NCBI GenBank assembly: GCA_030265395.1
Contig: JARFYF010000001.1
Span: 115,741,730 to 115,805,729 of the forward strand
DNA from: Rhina ancylostomus
Taxonomy: Eukaryota
Reading direction: 5' to 3'
Length of the DNA: 64,000 nucleotides
The stretch's first letter is position 1; every line of letters begins with the position of its first letter. Positions 62,696-64,000 of the stretch are shown here, piece by piece. The notes below the pieces were generated by a model. That model was not told where the DNA came from. It did not search any database and saw only the letters and a list, made by a program, of their open reading frames with translations. Both the position numbers and the translations under genes were made by a program.

Positions 62696-64000
62696 AAAAA
62701 AACCTCACAAATTACACTCACCACAGTTTAAAAGAAACAAAAACACCAAACTCTTACATGGTTTAATGTAGGATTCTCTCACCTAGAATTTCCATCTAGA
62801 ACTAGGATCAGCACCTCAAGATTAGGGTTCTACTATTCAAGATTGAGAAGACTTAATCCCCCACCCAAAGGGATGTGAACCTCTGTGATTTTCTGCCCAA
62901 GTGCTCGGTCAGTGAGTGAGCACAGGACAGATATCAATGGATTTTTGGGGTACTAAGGGACAAAGGGTTAGGATGAGAAAGCGTACCAATTAAAAGCTGA
63001 GTAGCATGAAGAGCTGAATGGCCTCTTCCTGCTTTTATTCTTTTTTTATAAAATTGACATATTACTTTGGGGGGTGGGGGGAGTACCAGATTCCCCACAA
63101 TTCAGCATCAGTGGTATTTAAATACCCTATGTGGATTTTTAAATGCTATCAGATTATGTTTACAGCAGAATGCTGAACATCCTTCCATCAACAAAGGCAG
63201 CAGGAAGGATTATACACACACCTAGGTGGGAGTGTGCTTTTATCGCTGGTATTTCAACTCAAATTCAGTGAACAGATCGGATCAAACTTCTCTTTTGAAG
63301 CTATAAAAGGTTCTGTTTGAGTTTATATAATCAAGTTAGTTTTTTTTAATGAATTAAACTGCAAATTGATTACATATTGGCACGACTCACACAGAAAGAT
63401 GCATAAAATGATACAGGAGAGGGATTACTCTCTGTAGGGTGGGGGTAAAGGTAAATTGCGAACGATAAAAATCAATCTGGGTATACTGGACAAATTTCGT
63501 CATGGCTCATTCGAATGTAAACAGGAATCATTTTAAACTAACTGGATCCAAAGAACTTCGGTTTCAAAAAACTTCATCTACCACAACATCACAGCAAACT
63601 TCAACAGATTTCATTACATCTTTTGTTTTAAATCTGGGACCACTGTTTACTTGTCATCCCATATGATCGACACCGCATCCACTTCGATTTCATTTCGGTT
63701 AACTAGATCCCTGATATTTACAGCTGCATAAACAGGACAAATTGCACGCAAAAAAAAATACAATACTCCAAATAAAGACTGAAATAGCTCCGAAAGTACT
63801 CACGCCACGTCAAACCTTTTGCGACAGCAACAATGTTGACATTTCAGGCCGATGACCTTTAATGAGAACCCTATGACAAACTATGCTCCGTGATACTTCG
63901 GCATTCCTGACATCCCTCCTCACATCAACACAACTACGGCGCGATACGCGACTCCAAGGCACTCCGAATACTCGGCTGCTGCCCTGCCCCAGCAACAATA

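Overview
Eukaryotic, AT-rich, repeat-dense vertebrate DNA with several scaffold gaps. The V-SINE/HE1-like SINEs and abundant CR1-like LINEs suggest a cartilaginous fish (inference). Two spliced genes converge tail to tail. On the + strand lie 13 coding exons of PPP1R13B (ASPP1; coiled coil, Pro-rich region, RVxF motif, ankyrin repeats, SH3) from 7857 to the stop at 41973, with the 5' exons upstream of the window, plus a probable in-frame 159-nt cassette exon at 26164-26322. On the - strand lie 6 coding exons of ZFYVE21 from 57210 to the stop at 44264, including a 54-nt cassette exon; exon 1 is probably beyond 64000. All exons were rebuilt by hand from GT-AG sites and phase continuity; most entries in the ORF track are spurious or retroelement debris. 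Introns carry CR1, Rex1-like and RTE LINEs, Penelope-like elements (PLEs), V-SINEs and a DeuSINE-like core. The most unusual observations are three. (i) A lone GPSM1/AGS3-like TPR exon with intact splice sites sits in an ASPP1 intron (21600-21742) between two overlapping, same-orientation CR1 pieces, and would create a premature stop if spliced into ASPP1. (ii) A PLE with a target-site duplication ends in a minimal hammerhead ribozyme motif (39437-39474). (iii) About ten short, often palindromic PLE-derived elements carry decayed hammerheads of two subfamilies. All homology calls are from recalled protein and repeat sequences, not from searches.
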